A stretch of 64,000 nucleotides of DNA from a virus, in the IMG/VR virus record IMGVR_UViG_3300042465_007929, positions 75,991 to 139,990 of that record. The stretch is one strand, 5' to 3'. The position numbers and the translations under genes are program-made. Under the pieces are notes generated by a model. That model had not been told where the DNA came from. It saw only the letters and a list, made by a program, of their open reading frames with translations, and did not search any database. This document shows positions 11,901 through 20,859 of this stretch, in pieces. Positions within the stretch are counted from its first letter, which is position 1, and the number at the start of each line of letters is the position of its first letter.

Positions 11901-13332
11901 TCATTAACGTATTAGTTAATGATGATGCTAATGCATTAATTTCTTTTTGAGCTTGACCAATTCCAAAAAAGGCTTTTAAGCTTTCAGCTCCAAACGCAAC
12001 TAACCCATAAGTTAATTTTGCAATAATTGCTCCAAAAATTACAAATCCGGGACCAGTGATAATGCCTGAAAGCCCTTTTATGATTCCGTTTGCAAGATCA
12101 GAACCTATTCCTTCGCCCTGTAATAAATCTTTTATATTAGTTGTTAAACTACTAAAAAATGATAAAATGTTTTTTAAACTATCTGTAACTCCAATTTCAC
12201 CAAGAGTATTAGCTAATTCTTGTAAATTTACAGTTGCCTCGTTGATTGATGCTGCAAGAGTCTTATTGAGAGCTGTATTTCTTGCGTAAGCTTCATTACC
12301 AGCACTTGCCATTGCTTGGGTAGCCCCCATGTATGTCGAAGTCTTACCAGTTAAGTCATCTAAAGCAGCAAGCAACGGTCCAATTTGGAAACCACCACCA
12401 ATTTTTTCTGTGATATTTGCTTTTTGAATATCACTTAGACTATTCATCTTTTGAGCAAGATTTTCAATAAGTTTTGTAGCAGGAAGAATTCCGCCTTGCA
12501 TATCAGTTACGGCAGCGCCGACTTCTTGTAAAGCAGCTAAACTATCAGGTCTTTGAATTCTTGTAAAAATTGTTTTGAAAGCATTACCAATAACAGCTCC
12601 ACCACGGGCTGTTTTTTCTTGAACAGCAGTGATAATGCCGCCAAGTTCATCAAGACTGACTCCAGCTTGTTGAGCGACGGACGCAGATCTCTTAAAGCCT
12701 TCTATAAGATCTTTTTCTGAAACAGAGTATGCAGCAGCGGTCTTAGCTATTTTATTTAAAACTTCAGTAGTAGTGATTCCAGATTTTGAGAAAGAGTTTA
12801 CAGCAGCAGTCAAGCCTTCAACCGCATTAGCCGCATCCATTCCAGAAAGTCTAGAAAGAACCATTGAGTCTTTTAGCCTCCTAAGAACTTCGTCAGATTT
12901 TAAACCCTGACGACTTAATTCCAGCGCGGCTTCAGAAACAGTTTGAAATGAATTGCCAGTTTCTTTTGCGATACTAAATATATCATTTTTAAATTTATTA
13001 AGTTGAGCTGAACTAGCTCCCATAACAGAATTAATATTTGCTAAACTTTTCTCAACTTGAATTGTTACTGAGATCATCTCTTGGAAACCTCTAGTAATTG
13101 TTCCAAGGATACCAACAGAGGCTCCGAAAGCTAAAACGCGAGCATTAGCAGCTTCCATCGATTTTCCGAACTGATCAGCTTGACCAGTAATCCTACCTAA
13201 TGGCTGAGATATTGAATCAATAGCCTTAGAGCTTGTACCCAAATCTATCTTAGCATTCTTTCCAGCTATATTCATAGCTCTTTGAATGCTTGCTTCTAAA
13301 CCGACTACTACTGCTTCTAGTTCTAATGGCAT
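5917..13332 (-). CDS. Tail tape measure protein with an internal peptidoglycan hydrolase (glucosaminidase/lysozyme-like) domain
   Basis: 2471 aa, Ala/Gly-rich and helical, with a TP901-type N-terminal TMP region. Muralytic domain at aa ~1680-1800 (KYGVNPKFLAAASEFETG...NNAMGI...YSPVGAKNDP..N..W). Duplicated DxVPxMLxGGEFxMN motif at the C-terminus. Confidence 0.9.
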   Translation of the reverse strand: MPLELEAVVVGLEASIQRAMNIAGKNAKIDLGTSSKAIDSISQPLGRITGQADQFGKSMEAANARVLAFGASVGILGTITRGFQEMISVTIQVEKSLANINSVMGASSAQLNKFKNDIFSIAKETGNSFQTVSEAALELSRQGLKSDEVLRRLKDSMVLSRLSGMDAANAVEGLTAAVNSFSKSGITTTEVLNKIAKTAAAYSVSEKDLIEGFKRSASVAQQAGVSLDELGGIITAVQEKTARGGAVIGNAFKTIFTRIQRPDSLAALQEVGAAVTDMQGGILPATKLIENLAQKMNSLSDIQKANITEKIGGGFQIGPLLAALDDLTGKTSTYMGATQAMASAGNEAYARNTALNKTLAASINEATVNLQELANTLGEIGVTDSLKNILSFFSSLTTNIKDLLQGEGIGSDLANGIIKGLSGIITGPGFVIFGAIIAKLTYGLVAFGAESLKAFFGIGQAQKEINALASSLTNTLMTNQNIHKAVLSLEGNHVAQATLLGNILKQNNAEMQRFVEMGKRLAPGAAAVFKAGGGSPVKTSAEGYMPAVAQESFDIKRGVGGANSSNKPVVIPNFAFGGGKVGTMVANDSEYVVNNYGGSGGSAIFNKDMVSKIGLPSGAQKINSAGGFIPNFVDIKKLSAQQIGSRINLDPSDPKYISREDARNAGYKTTAEKNAEKALNKEKSFESLARLNAGGKDFGMIVGERGVGTSESRYADNEGRITETRTNSSKYLIDVPIFRVNDKNLKFKSTDKLTSQLSKVSASAALKMAKDLSGNVLPEPANIELIQSLLNKGSLTATAGAIFEAGIAGILKDDDFKDFKAQDRNSLIDFRTNPQLRELFGVTGGQAGKGLEAKANAGPDLISSTAGKILKINGYGDKKPQPAFGRSASGYIPNFVDPLKEAISREIGTGLDPSQVYIDQNSSLKNSGNPMGLMVANRRDEPAGGWQGINRARKEGADITAYGAAGGFIPNFAGFKGQNPKYRPSTNSSNNDGSSTEPISSAADKAAASLDKVADSADQTNKGQKDNLGTIFAVQLAMSGLSAATAGSSSEIAKYTNIVSDGLSSGTTAVFALQGLAAAIPKFAGFLGPAGIAIGGLAAAWQIGTGIYNEVNGINKSVAKSLATVGDAASKASINLSGLSKDRQEEVKKTAESIISEGMKTETTKMVNLLAAQGGKGGSVGMRSGPAVVASTVSATIVDDISGKLKQSLKDITTEANAAGVSTSELQNRIRAFSGDTKLTKEEIEALSLQFAGLIDNLSAGDLAIKRMTSPSTDLGKSIGGLTREQFTQKAKNIDDESFKPLRDEMAKGGKTDPKAQFDVLKQLWAELSSRSKQTQSELSQGVDNLNIKYKELLTTLKAQSLYRTMIDDLEDEALNKQADLLSIAKDLTLTDTDRQRAIENANNENEKAISIIKNQSSAVEGLGGSLKESMKSAVIDPKQFNTIFQKITDGAANAQEELKIAFENVDTAKIEEIVDRIGASLNLPKQQAEAANAAILEYVTLLDKGKIKIDQENAAKMAGQKIQRDVNDLQREQNNLFEKAKTLSDSILAKKSLQNIVLEGESQRIDIKKQIELKQPATFAGMYDSASILAKREQIEKKYFDLKQKNDLDRELNQIAIEARKNAFTEKNILALGQNETAVKDNVDATKALTEQLKQNTSLPTTATSTAGNKTDLEKNLSEPLKKYAASFQSSGEKYGVNPKFLAAASEFETGRGTSQAFRLGNNAMGISDQYGVKKQSTVEDSIDKIAKTLTSLSGPYKNASTIAQIGPIYSPVGAKNDPRNTNKDWIPSVSSIYKNQFGGNPMENVKSVFTTGDKYGTDILSSGSTIAGLNISPEKKNAEARAAAIKLGAKTEEAIDSTVNQIMSVANQIEAATAKNKERGLTEEEAKALRSLESRPRTFGEGFGQGMTNLNKQVEDFAGNIGERIPQMFADNMATAMEAIIMKGGDLKDTLRSAATSFLNEMTKASISQLANSTTSMFQQAGSSLFKGYASGGRITGGSGTKDDVPSMLMGGEFVMNKKAVQKYGNKFMEKLNNGTLSHFASGGAVGDLDKYKISSGGLGSPSQTTSSSPMQTGQGGFYMPGYYGEGTISGKNNLLSYASQAYTSGAKDVITSGTNFAGISLEGESVALTNFGRTQGPMAQAIAESKGQSLDLYVQQMEQEAAIEKARKDAIKERQKALKTALISAVVMAGVSVVGSAASSGYNAASAAAKADGATGMGQVGAGLKGIFSGGNIGGGIQAGGLKNLFTGNIGLSQVGSLKDYQNYLSNNPKIAQQILGSSDYKNISGPSGSLDINRLGPNNTLGLNNTLGQNNILGPDNMPTQGLPLPEGDTDYNYSVLPKKATGGSIPQRSGIDTVPTMLSGGEFIMNAGAAQRIGPANLNAMNSGTSDTGKDSKELNDKLISKLDELIAASKESGKGVTVNVASNGKEETKSEGSSEQDKNLSRKIKEAVIKVIQEEKRLGGVLRRS

Positions 13333-13370
13333 ATCCTTAAACCTCTGTGATATTTACACAGAAGTCTAAG

Positions 13371-14351
13371 TTAATAACCTGCCAATTTCATCATTTGTTC
13401 CATATCTAATGAGCCGCCATTTTTAGCCAACTCATCACTTAAAATTATAGTTTTAGAATCCTTATTGCCCAAGGCAATCATGTCTTCTTTTGTTGCTCCA
13501 AAAATACTAGAAGCATCTGCATTATCATCAATCATATTTTTACCAGATGATTTATTTTTTTGCATATCTGAAAACATTAATAATTTTTCTGGATCATCTT
13601 TAATGTCATCAGGTATATCTTCAACATATTGGAAAATATTAAAAAACATTCTACCAAAAAGAGCCGTCTTTAACTGATAAACAGATAATTTTACTACAGC
13701 AATTCCATAAAAATCTCTTATATTTTCACATAAAGAAAGATACATGCTAAAGAATGGTCTTAATACAGCTTTTTGTAGATTAAGTTCGGAAAGCCTTTCT
13801 GATATTTCATTCTGTTTTCTTGAAAAAAATAATATATCAACATCATCTAGTTCTGAAAATTCATCTTCGCTAAATAAATTAATTGTTAATTCTTTATCTT
13901 TGAAAATAAAATAACGAAGCATCTCTTCAGATGATCTAGTAGAAGCGTAATCTTCGGCAGTCTTGCCAATAATTTCTTTCTTTTTATATTTAAGGCTAAA
14001 GACTTCAGATTTTCTTTGCTCTATATCTTCAGCCATTGATAATTTCTGAGATGGTAGAAAGATGCTCTTTTGGGTCTGTATAAGATTTTTAATTTCGTCC
14101 TCAAGGATAGATATTTTTAAATCATCATCTTCAGACCAAATATTATCAGCTTTAGTAGCAATGAGTCTTTCCTGCTCATTCTCTAAACCTTTTTTTTCAG
14201 CAATTTTTTTATACTTTTCGTAGTACTTTTGTATATATCGCTGATCCCTAATATTAAAATGCTTAATATATACGGGGTCGCCATTATAGACGACCTCCGT
14301 ATATCCATCAAACACTTCGCCTATTATTGAAATGTATAGCTCGTCATTCAA
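13371..14351 (-). CDS. Probable tail assembly chaperone
   Basis: Directly upstream of the tape measure gene, acidic and helical; call is from position. Confidence 0.45.
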   Translation of the reverse strand: MNDELYISIIGEVFDGYTEVVYNGDPVYIKHFNIRDQRYIQKYYEKYKKIAEKKGLENEQERLIATKADNIWSEDDDLKISILEDEIKNLIQTQKSIFLPSQKLSMAEDIEQRKSEVFSLKYKKKEIIGKTAEDYASTRSSEEMLRYFIFKDKELTINLFSEDEFSELDDVDILFFSRKQNEISERLSELNLQKAVLRPFFSMYLSLCENIRDFYGIAVVKLSVYQLKTALFGRMFFNIFQYVEDIPDDIKDDPEKLLMFSDMQKNKSSGKNMIDDNADASSIFGATKEDMIALGNKDSKTIILSDELAKNGGSLDMEQMMKLAGY

Positions 14352-15103
14352 AGCTCTCCTTTTTCAAGTTTATCAATCAAAGCGTCAAAATCCTTTGGAT
14401 CAGAAGCTTGGTTAAAGAACCAGAACGCAAGAATAGTTGAAGCTTTCTTAATTGCTGAAAAATAGAAAGAATCACCAGACTCTTCTTTTTGATAATAATC
14501 TTCCAACTTATCTTCAAATGACTCTCCTTCAAAATAAGGAACAAAATCTTCCAACTTATCATCCATGATATATGTCAAATTAATAACATACCATAGAAGA
14601 AGTCTATTTTGAGCTTTGACATCCGCAGTATGATCAAAGAATGACTGAAAGTTTGACTCAATATCAATAATCTTTCTTTTTACAGAAGCTAAATTATTTT
14701 TTACAACTTCAAATCTTTTTGTTTGTTTCGGATCTTTTTTATCTGCCGATTCCAAACGAATATATTCATTTTGAAGATCTAAGATTTGCTTATAAAGATC
14801 TGTATAATTCTTTGCTTCGTCTTCACTAAAAATTCCTCCTGTATCGCTATACTTTTTTGCAAGCATAGCTTTAGTTAAAATGCCCTTCTTGACACATCTA
14901 CTCATTTCAACAGAATATTCTAATTCTGCCTCTTCAAGTTCGCGCCTAGATGGTCTTTTAATTTGAAACTCAATAGGGAAAGGTTCCTTTACTGTTTTCT
15001 TAATAGTGACCTCTTCGCCTGTTTTACGATCCTTTTTGGATGTTTCTACCACTTTTTCGATTTCTTTATCAATCGAAAATTTATATAATGTTTTAATTTT
15101 CAT
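14348..15103 (-). CDS. Probable tail assembly chaperone
   Basis: ATGA overlap with the next gene; position before the TMP; coiled-coil character. Confidence 0.45.
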   Translation of the reverse strand: MKIKTLYKFSIDKEIEKVVETSKKDRKTGEEVTIKKTVKEPFPIEFQIKRPSRRELEEAELEYSVEMSRCVKKGILTKAMLAKKYSDTGGIFSEDEAKNYTDLYKQILDLQNEYIRLESADKKDPKQTKRFEVVKNNLASVKRKIIDIESNFQSFFDHTADVKAQNRLLLWYVINLTYIMDDKLEDFVPYFEGESFEDKLEDYYQKEESGDSFYFSAIKKASTILAFWFFNQASDPKDFDALIDKLEKGEL

Positions 15104-15119
15104 TCCTTTTTCCTTAATA

Positions 15120-15407
15120 TTATTTAAAAATAAATCCTACACTGTAATTATCTATCTCAGATTGTAAATTTCTAATAGATTCGTTACCATAATCTAAAAT
15201 TCTTTTTCTAATCCAAGCTATCTTTTCTTCTGTAAAATGATTAGCAGTATTAATTACTGGGTGATATTCTTCTGGAATGTTTTCGTAAAGTTTTTGGTAA
15301 TGAAAATTATGATCTTGTTTCATATCTTCAACCATAAGTAACATCATCTTAAATAAAGAAGAAACCTCTTCATTCGAACTTCTTGCCAAGCTTTTTTTCG
15401 CATTCAT
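15120..15407 (-). CDS. Hypothetical protein
   Basis: 95-aa ORF with an upstream GTGTATAAT motif. Confidence 0.6.
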   Translation of the reverse strand: MNAKKSLARSSNEEVSSLFKMMLLMVEDMKQDHNFHYQKLYENIPEEYHPVINTANHFTEEKIAWIRKRILDYGNESIRNLQSEIDNYSVGFIFK

Positions 15408-15455
15408 ACCTTTGCCCTTATCTAATTATACACAAACAAGTGTAAAAATCTATAT

Positions 15456-15923
15456 ATGGCTGGATATTTAAATCAAAATGCATTAGATACTATTGTAAAT
15501 TCTTTATTTAAAATGCACGACACTTTTGCAAGAAGTATTTTTGTTTTTAAAAATGGGAAAAAAACAGTTATAGCCACAAATAGTAATTATAATGCTATCT
15601 ATGGGAAAACCAATACAGGTTCTAGAGAAAATATAAAATATGATACAATATCAAAGGAATTCAAGGCTAGAATTTACTATACCCAAGAAGATCAAGAGTT
15701 TTTAGCTAGTGAAGGATCAGATCAATCAGGAACTCAAAACAAAATCATTTTGCCAAAAGGCTCTTTGAGAATTGTTGTAACTCTTGAAGCTTATTTATTT
15801 TTAAAAGAAGCACGAAGGGTTGATGTTGATGGTAAGGTTTTTGCCATTAAAAGCGGAGGTCATAGTTCTGGATTCCCATCTAATGAATTTTACCATTTCT
15901 ACTTAACTCCAATAGATGAATAA
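15456..15923 (+). CDS. Probable head-closure/neck protein
   Basis: 155 aa, first gene of the neck/tail-tube operon; inferred from size and context. Confidence 0.4.
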   Translation: MAGYLNQNALDTIVNSLFKMHDTFARSIFVFKNGKKTVIATNSNYNAIYGKTNTGSRENIKYDTISKEFKARIYYTQEDQEFLASEGSDQSGTQNKIILPKGSLRIVVTLEAYLFLKEARRVDVDGKVFAIKSGGHSSGFPSNEFYHFYLTPIDE

Positions 15924-16501
15924 TGGCTACTCTACCTTTAGATGTTAGATATTCTTTAAATAAGCAAGTAACTAAGTTACTGAAAAAAGAATTTGAAAAA
16001 GAAGCTTATAAAGAATTTAAAAAAATTAAAGAAGAATTAATTATTGAGTTTTTAAATCATCCAGTAACTCAAGAAATTAAAGCTGGGCCATCTGCAACAA
16101 ATATAAGTGGCACTTTAAATGGAGTATCAAATCTTTTTGCATTTATAGGTTTTGAAGAATCTGATGATCCAATCAGCCCAATACTCGACTTATTAAATAA
16201 TATACAAATGAATTATGCTGGTGAAATAAACATGGGTAATAAATTTAATGTAACAATCCCAGAACCTGCAAATATATTTTCTGTAACTCCAATGCCTTGG
16301 GCTTCAGGAAGAAGCTGGGCGGAAGGTATAGAAACTGGAATATCTGGATTAGGTTATCTCCTTAAAAGTGGTTTAAAATCTAGCAGATCAGGCGCTGCCA
16401 TACAATCTAGTGTAAAAGTTAGAAGTGGCGGATTTAGAAACGTACAATATATTTCCGCTTTAATTAATAAATATAAAAAAAAGTTTGAAAAACTCAAATG
16501 A
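15923..16501 (+). CDS. Probable neck/tail completion protein
   Basis: Context between the head-closure and tail-terminator candidates. Confidence 0.4.
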   Translation: MATLPLDVRYSLNKQVTKLLKKEFEKEAYKEFKKIKEELIIEFLNHPVTQEIKAGPSATNISGTLNGVSNLFAFIGFEESDDPISPILDLLNNIQMNYAGEINMGNKFNVTIPEPANIFSVTPMPWASGRSWAEGIETGISGLGYLLKSGLKSSRSGAAIQSSVKVRSGGFRNVQYISALINKYKKKFEKLK

Positions 16502-17346
16502 TTGAACAATTTCAGCACAGACTAACTAATTCATTTTTCTTATGGTTTGATAATTATCTTCTTACCAAAGGACAAGCATATACCAATACAACTGGAACCT
16601 TTTTCAATTATGAAGATGAAAGATTAGATTCGACATATCGTGTATTTGGAAGCGCTTATAAACAATGGGTTAATGATAGTTCAATTTTGGGGGCAGAAAT
16701 ACCTTCTGGCGTTTATGCCAATAATTCTTATATTCCAAGAAGTTCAAATTTAATTTTAGATTTTGAAAATGGAAGAGTTTTATCTACAGGCTTATCCACA
16801 AATGCAAATATTACAGGATCTTTTGCGATAAAGGATTTTAATGTTTATTTTTCTAATGAAACAGAAGAGGATTTAATTGTAGAAAATAAATACGATATTA
16901 ATTCAAGAGTAATATTAAATGATGAAACATATATAATTCCATATGATTATGTCATTCCAGCGATTTTTCTTTCTGTCGAAAGTATGAATAACAAAAGTTT
17001 CGCATTAGGAGGTTTGGAGGAAACAAATATTAGAGCAAAAGCAGTTATTATTTCTGAAAATAATTATCAATTAGATGGTGCTTTATCTATTTTTGCAGAT
17101 TCCAAAAATGAAGTTTTCGCTGGTATACCTATGGCAGATCATCCTTATAATGAATATAATGATTTAAAAACTGGGTTTTACTCTTACACAGATTTAAAAA
17201 ATAAATACGATAATGAAACTAAATTTTATATTAATAGTGTAAATACTTCGAAACTTACAGATAAATCTAGAAAATCATTAACTAGTGACATATATGTAGG
17301 ATTCATAGATTTCGACATACAACAACATCGCTATCGTCATCAATAA
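16498..17346 (+). CDS. Probable tail terminator/structural protein
   Basis: Immediately upstream of the tail tube gene; beta-rich. Confidence 0.4.
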   Translation: MIEQFQHRLTNSFFLWFDNYLLTKGQAYTNTTGTFFNYEDERLDSTYRVFGSAYKQWVNDSSILGAEIPSGVYANNSYIPRSSNLILDFENGRVLSTGLSTNANITGSFAIKDFNVYFSNETEEDLIVENKYDINSRVILNDETYIIPYDYVIPAIFLSVESMNNKSFALGGLEETNIRAKAVIISENNYQLDGALSIFADSKNEVFAGIPMADHPYNEYNDLKTGFYSYTDLKNKYDNETKFYINSVNTSKLTDKSRKSLTSDIYVGFIDFDIQQHRYRHQ

Positions 17347-17397
17347 TCTTCACAAATCAATCAATCAACTGTAACAAATAACAAATAATCAACCATT

Positions 17398-18594
17398 ATG
17401 GCAAGAAATAGAGTAATTTATCAATCGGACGCACTTTATATTAGTGAAAACCCCGGATCAACAGCATCTGGAAAACACGCTCAATTAAGAAGAGTTCAAA
17501 GTGCAAACTATAACTACACAATCAACCGTCAAGACGTTAATCAATTTGGGCAATTAGCTCGTATTGATTCTATTGTTATCGATGAACCTACAGTTGGTGT
17601 GGATCTCACTTATTACTTGGGTGACGGCTTCAATGAAAAAGCTTTAGAGCTTCAAGCTACTGGTAATCTAAGTACACAATTTGGTGGTGTTCATATGTCA
17701 GCCGCGCATAGTGGCCAAAATATTTATATTTTAACTACTGACGAAGGAGTTGATGCAAATACTCAAGATGCAGCATCAAGAGTGCTTGCTTCTGGAGCCA
17801 CAGGATCAAGTATTATCGGCATTGGTAACGCTTACTTGACTAACTACAGTGTTGACTTTGCAGTTGGAGCAATTCCAACTGTTTCTGCGACATTTGAAGG
17901 TTTAAATATCATGTCACAAGTTGGTATTGGCAGAACGACAGGTGCAGTTGGGAATATCGGCTACACAGGATTGTCAACTGCTGGAGTTAATGCAACTGCT
18001 GGTACAAAATTAACAGATAAGGTCTCATTATTCTATGCTCAACCGGGTATCGTTTCTGGTACTATAGCTGGAGCTAGCGCTCCTACGGCTCTTCGTCCGG
18101 GAGATGTTACAATAACCTTGAATACTGCTGGTTCTGGAATTTCAGATCATGGAAGTGCTTCATTCCCAGTCCAAAGTGCAACGATTACTCATCCATTTGC
18201 TAGAGAATCAATCAATAAATTAGGATCAAGATTCGCTACAGCAAAAGTAGTGACGTTCCCAATTGTAGCTACTGTAGCTATCAAAGCAACATTAACTGAT
18301 ATTGTTGCAAGAAACCTTGCTGATATGTTAGATTCTAATGCAACTCAAGATATTACTATCGCTATAAAGAAGCCCGGAACTACTACTAATATTATACAAT
18401 ACAAGATAACTTCTTGTAAGTTAGATTCCGAATCATTCTCTTCAAGCATTGGTTCTAATAAATCCGTTGATTTATCATTCTCTACTCAAATCGGTGGATC
18501 TAATGATACAGTAAATGGTATTTATGTAAGTGGTGTTTGCGATATTGATCCATTCAATGCTTCGGTTATCCCAGTTACTGGTGTTGCTCCTTAA
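17398..18594 (+). CDS. Major tail tube protein
   Basis: MARNRVIYQS start and RVQSANY..TINRQDVNQFGQLA motif. Small-residue-rich virion-like composition, followed by a strong terminator. Confidence 0.7.
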   Translation: MARNRVIYQSDALYISENPGSTASGKHAQLRRVQSANYNYTINRQDVNQFGQLARIDSIVIDEPTVGVDLTYYLGDGFNEKALELQATGNLSTQFGGVHMSAAHSGQNIYILTTDEGVDANTQDAASRVLASGATGSSIIGIGNAYLTNYSVDFAVGAIPTVSATFEGLNIMSQVGIGRTTGAVGNIGYTGLSTAGVNATAGTKLTDKVSLFYAQPGIVSGTIAGASAPTALRPGDVTITLNTAGSGISDHGSASFPVQSATITHPFARESINKLGSRFATAKVVTFPIVATVAIKATLTDIVARNLADMLDSNATQDITIAIKKPGTTTNIIQYKITSCKLDSESFSSSIGSNKSVDLSFSTQIGGSNDTVNGIYVSGVCDIDPFNASVIPVTGVAP

Positions 18595-18618
18595 TAGTCT
18601 ACCTCAAATAGATAAACG

Positions 18619-18648
18619 AAAAACCCCACTGAAAAGTGGGGTTTTTTT
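18619..18648. terminator. Bidirectional intrinsic terminator
   Basis: AAAAACCCCACT-GAAA-AGTGGGGTTTTTTT between convergent genes. Confidence 0.85.
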
Positions 18649-18672
18649 ATATACATATACTATAAATAAAAA

Positions 18673-19176
18673 TCAAATATACACAGAAGGAACATATGTA
18701 TTAGATGTATAAAATCCAGTCCACATTTCTCCTTCAATACCACCAAGTTGTCTTGGTTCTGCTCCATAAATATTATATTGGGCAACCAACTTATCAATAT
18801 TAAGTTTAGCGTCTGTAGCCATACCCTTATAAACTTTTGATACTTCATTTTTATTAACAAAAGTAACTTGACTATCTGCGTCTTTAATCGATAAGATATT
18901 AGAACCATCACTAGATTGTGATGAGCTTATAATCCCCCTCAAAGCGTTCCTAGCTTGTTTTGAATAATAATTATATAGATATAGTTCTTTGTGAATAGAT
19001 TGAGCTTCTATAGGCAGATTAGATCCATCTCCACTAAAATCTGAATAAAGCATAGTGTTTAATTTGCCTAAGTTGCTTTGAAGCCAACCACTAATTGCTG
19101 AAACAGTAGTTACTGTAGAGTCGCCATCAAATTCAAAAGAATATATATCAGAAGCTATAGCCCCAAAAGTGTTCAT
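18673..19176 (-). CDS. Probable head-tail adaptor
   Basis: 167 aa, two genes downstream of the MCP; inferred from context. Confidence 0.4.
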   Translation of the reverse strand: MNTFGAIASDIYSFEFDGDSTVTTVSAISGWLQSNLGKLNTMLYSDFSGDGSNLPIEAQSIHKELYLYNYYSKQARNALRGIISSSQSSDGSNILSIKDADSQVTFVNKNEVSKVYKGMATDAKLNIDKLVAQYNIYGAEPRQLGGIEGEMWTGFYTSNTYVPSVYI

Positions 19177-19196
19177 GCTATATTTTACACTAAAAA

Positions 19197-19634
19197 TTAG
19201 AACTCGCCTAAGATTTTCAATGCTGCTGCTTGAACAGGATCATTAGGATCTAGGATAATGCTATTCACTTGATTAGGCATAATATTTCTATGATTATTTC
19301 TATTCACAGCGCGAAATTCTTTGATCAAAATATTTTTTAATGTTGATCTATCGTAATTTGAATTAATACCAACTCTTTGTGCTAATTTTTTCATATCAGC
19401 GTAATTCATTTCACGAAGATTTTCCTGAAAAAGATCTAATTCGTTAGTTCCAAATGGATTGATAGTATCAACGCCAAGCATGATCTCTAATTCTCTAGCT
19501 TTTTCTCTAAATTCTTGAGTATTAGTTTCTCCAGAAGCTTTTAATTGTTCAATTCTTTCTAGAATGCCAACCTTTGGAGATTCTTCAATTTTGCCTGTAG
19601 AGATTTCAATATTTTTTGCTTTTATTTTAGCCAT
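19197..19634 (-). CDS. Hypothetical protein (head module)
   Basis: 145-aa ORF downstream of the MCP terminator. Confidence 0.6.
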   Translation of the reverse strand: MAKIKAKNIEISTGKIEESPKVGILERIEQLKASGETNTQEFREKARELEIMLGVDTINPFGTNELDLFQENLREMNYADMKKLAQRVGINSNYDRSTLKNILIKEFRAVNRNNHRNIMPNQVNSIILDPNDPVQAAALKILGEF

Positions 19635-19669
19635 ATTATATTATATATAAAAACAATAATATTTACAAT

Positions 19670-19700
19670 AAAAAAGGGCTACCCCCGAAGGAGTAGCCCT
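19670..19700 (-). terminator. Intrinsic terminator after the major capsid gene
   Basis: Minus strand AGGGCTACTCC-TTCG-GGGGTAGCCCT-TTTTT. Confidence 0.85.
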
Positions 19701-19715
19701 AATTTAAACGACATA

Positions 19716-20834
19716 TTAAGCAGAGATGCCAGAAGCAATCACGCCAACAAGTGCGCGATTGTCAAGAACCATACGGCCTTCTTCAAGAGAGCCGAAATAG
19801 CCGATCTTGTTTTGGCGAATGCTGTATTGGTCATCAGCGGTAAGATTGAACTCACTGCCATTTTCTGAATCAGTAGCAACTGCACGAACAAGTGATTCGC
19901 GGCTACGATCAAGACCAATGATGATTTCTTGTGAAGCACCAGCGAATGACGAGTACTTAGCATCAGAAACGCTATCAAAGATAGTGTTGAACTTTTGACC
20001 AGCACCGAGTTCATTGATTTCCATGATTGAAACACCATAAAACTCAGGAATACCTGCGGAGTTATAGATGTCTGTTCTCATCGATTCAGGAGCAGCAATG
20101 CCATCCGAAGTTGTACCGCCAGCAGGAGAGCCTTTAGTATTGATTGGGTTATAAGCCATTGCGCGAAGCTCTTGAACGACTTCAGGAGAGACGATAAGAT
20201 CAGTGATGCCACGGCTTGAACGAGAAACTGGAGTACCACCAGAAAAAGAAGTATTAATTCTCTTAGCAAGAGTAAAGAGTCTGTTTAAGTCGTCAAGCAA
20301 GAATCTGCCATTAGTTCCAGCGGAAATAACGTGATTTTTACCGTTTGTAGTTGCACCAGCAAGAGCTGAAAGGATAAGATTAGCAGAAGTCTTTTCTTGC
20401 TTGGCTAAGATTTCTTGAGCCATACGAGTAAAGGTTTTGCTAATGACATCCATTCTGCTTTTTGCAGCATAACGTCTATCGAAGCTGAGAGCAGAATCGA
20501 GAGTGTAAGTTGCAATCTTCATTTCTGAAGCAGTTGGTAAAACTTGGTTTTGTGGAAGACCACCAGCAACCGATTGGCTGTAGACTTGGATATAATCTTC
20601 GTCAGTAATGTCGTAGTAAAGATCAAGCGGGATGCTTGGATTATCTTCGGCATTAAATTGAAGAGTTGTGAATAAATTGCTAAGAGTTGGAGCGTTGTTG
20701 ATAACTTCCGCTAACACTGGGCCGATAAATTCAGCCAATGCAACTTGAGCTTCATAAGCAACTGCACGATTCTTAGAAGCCATAGCTTTGATAAGCTCGA
20801 CCTGTTCAGGAGTTCTTTTTAAAGTAATTTTCAT
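19716..20834 (-). CDS. Major capsid protein
   Basis: 372 aa, follows protease/scaffold and decoration genes. Codon usage typical of highly expressed genes, terminator after it, HK97-like sequence pattern. Confidence 0.8.
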   Translation of the reverse strand: MKITLKRTPEQVELIKAMASKNRAVAYEAQVALAEFIGPVLAEVINNAPTLSNLFTTLQFNAEDNPSIPLDLYYDITDEDYIQVYSQSVAGGLPQNQVLPTASEMKIATYTLDSALSFDRRYAAKSRMDVISKTFTRMAQEILAKQEKTSANLILSALAGATTNGKNHVISAGTNGRFLLDDLNRLFTLAKRINTSFSGGTPVSRSSRGITDLIVSPEVVQELRAMAYNPINTKGSPAGGTTSDGIAAPESMRTDIYNSAGIPEFYGVSIMEINELGAGQKFNTIFDSVSDAKYSSFAGASQEIIIGLDRSRESLVRAVATDSENGSEFNLTADDQYSIRQNKIGYFGSLEEGRMVLDNRALVGVIASGISA

Positions 20835-20859
20835 TAAATTTTATTTTTTATTGTTAAGA

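Noticed and set aside
13371-15103. Programmed frameshift between the tail chaperone genes
   Set aside because: The genes have an ordinary ATGA overlap, and I saw no clear slippery heptamer at the junction.
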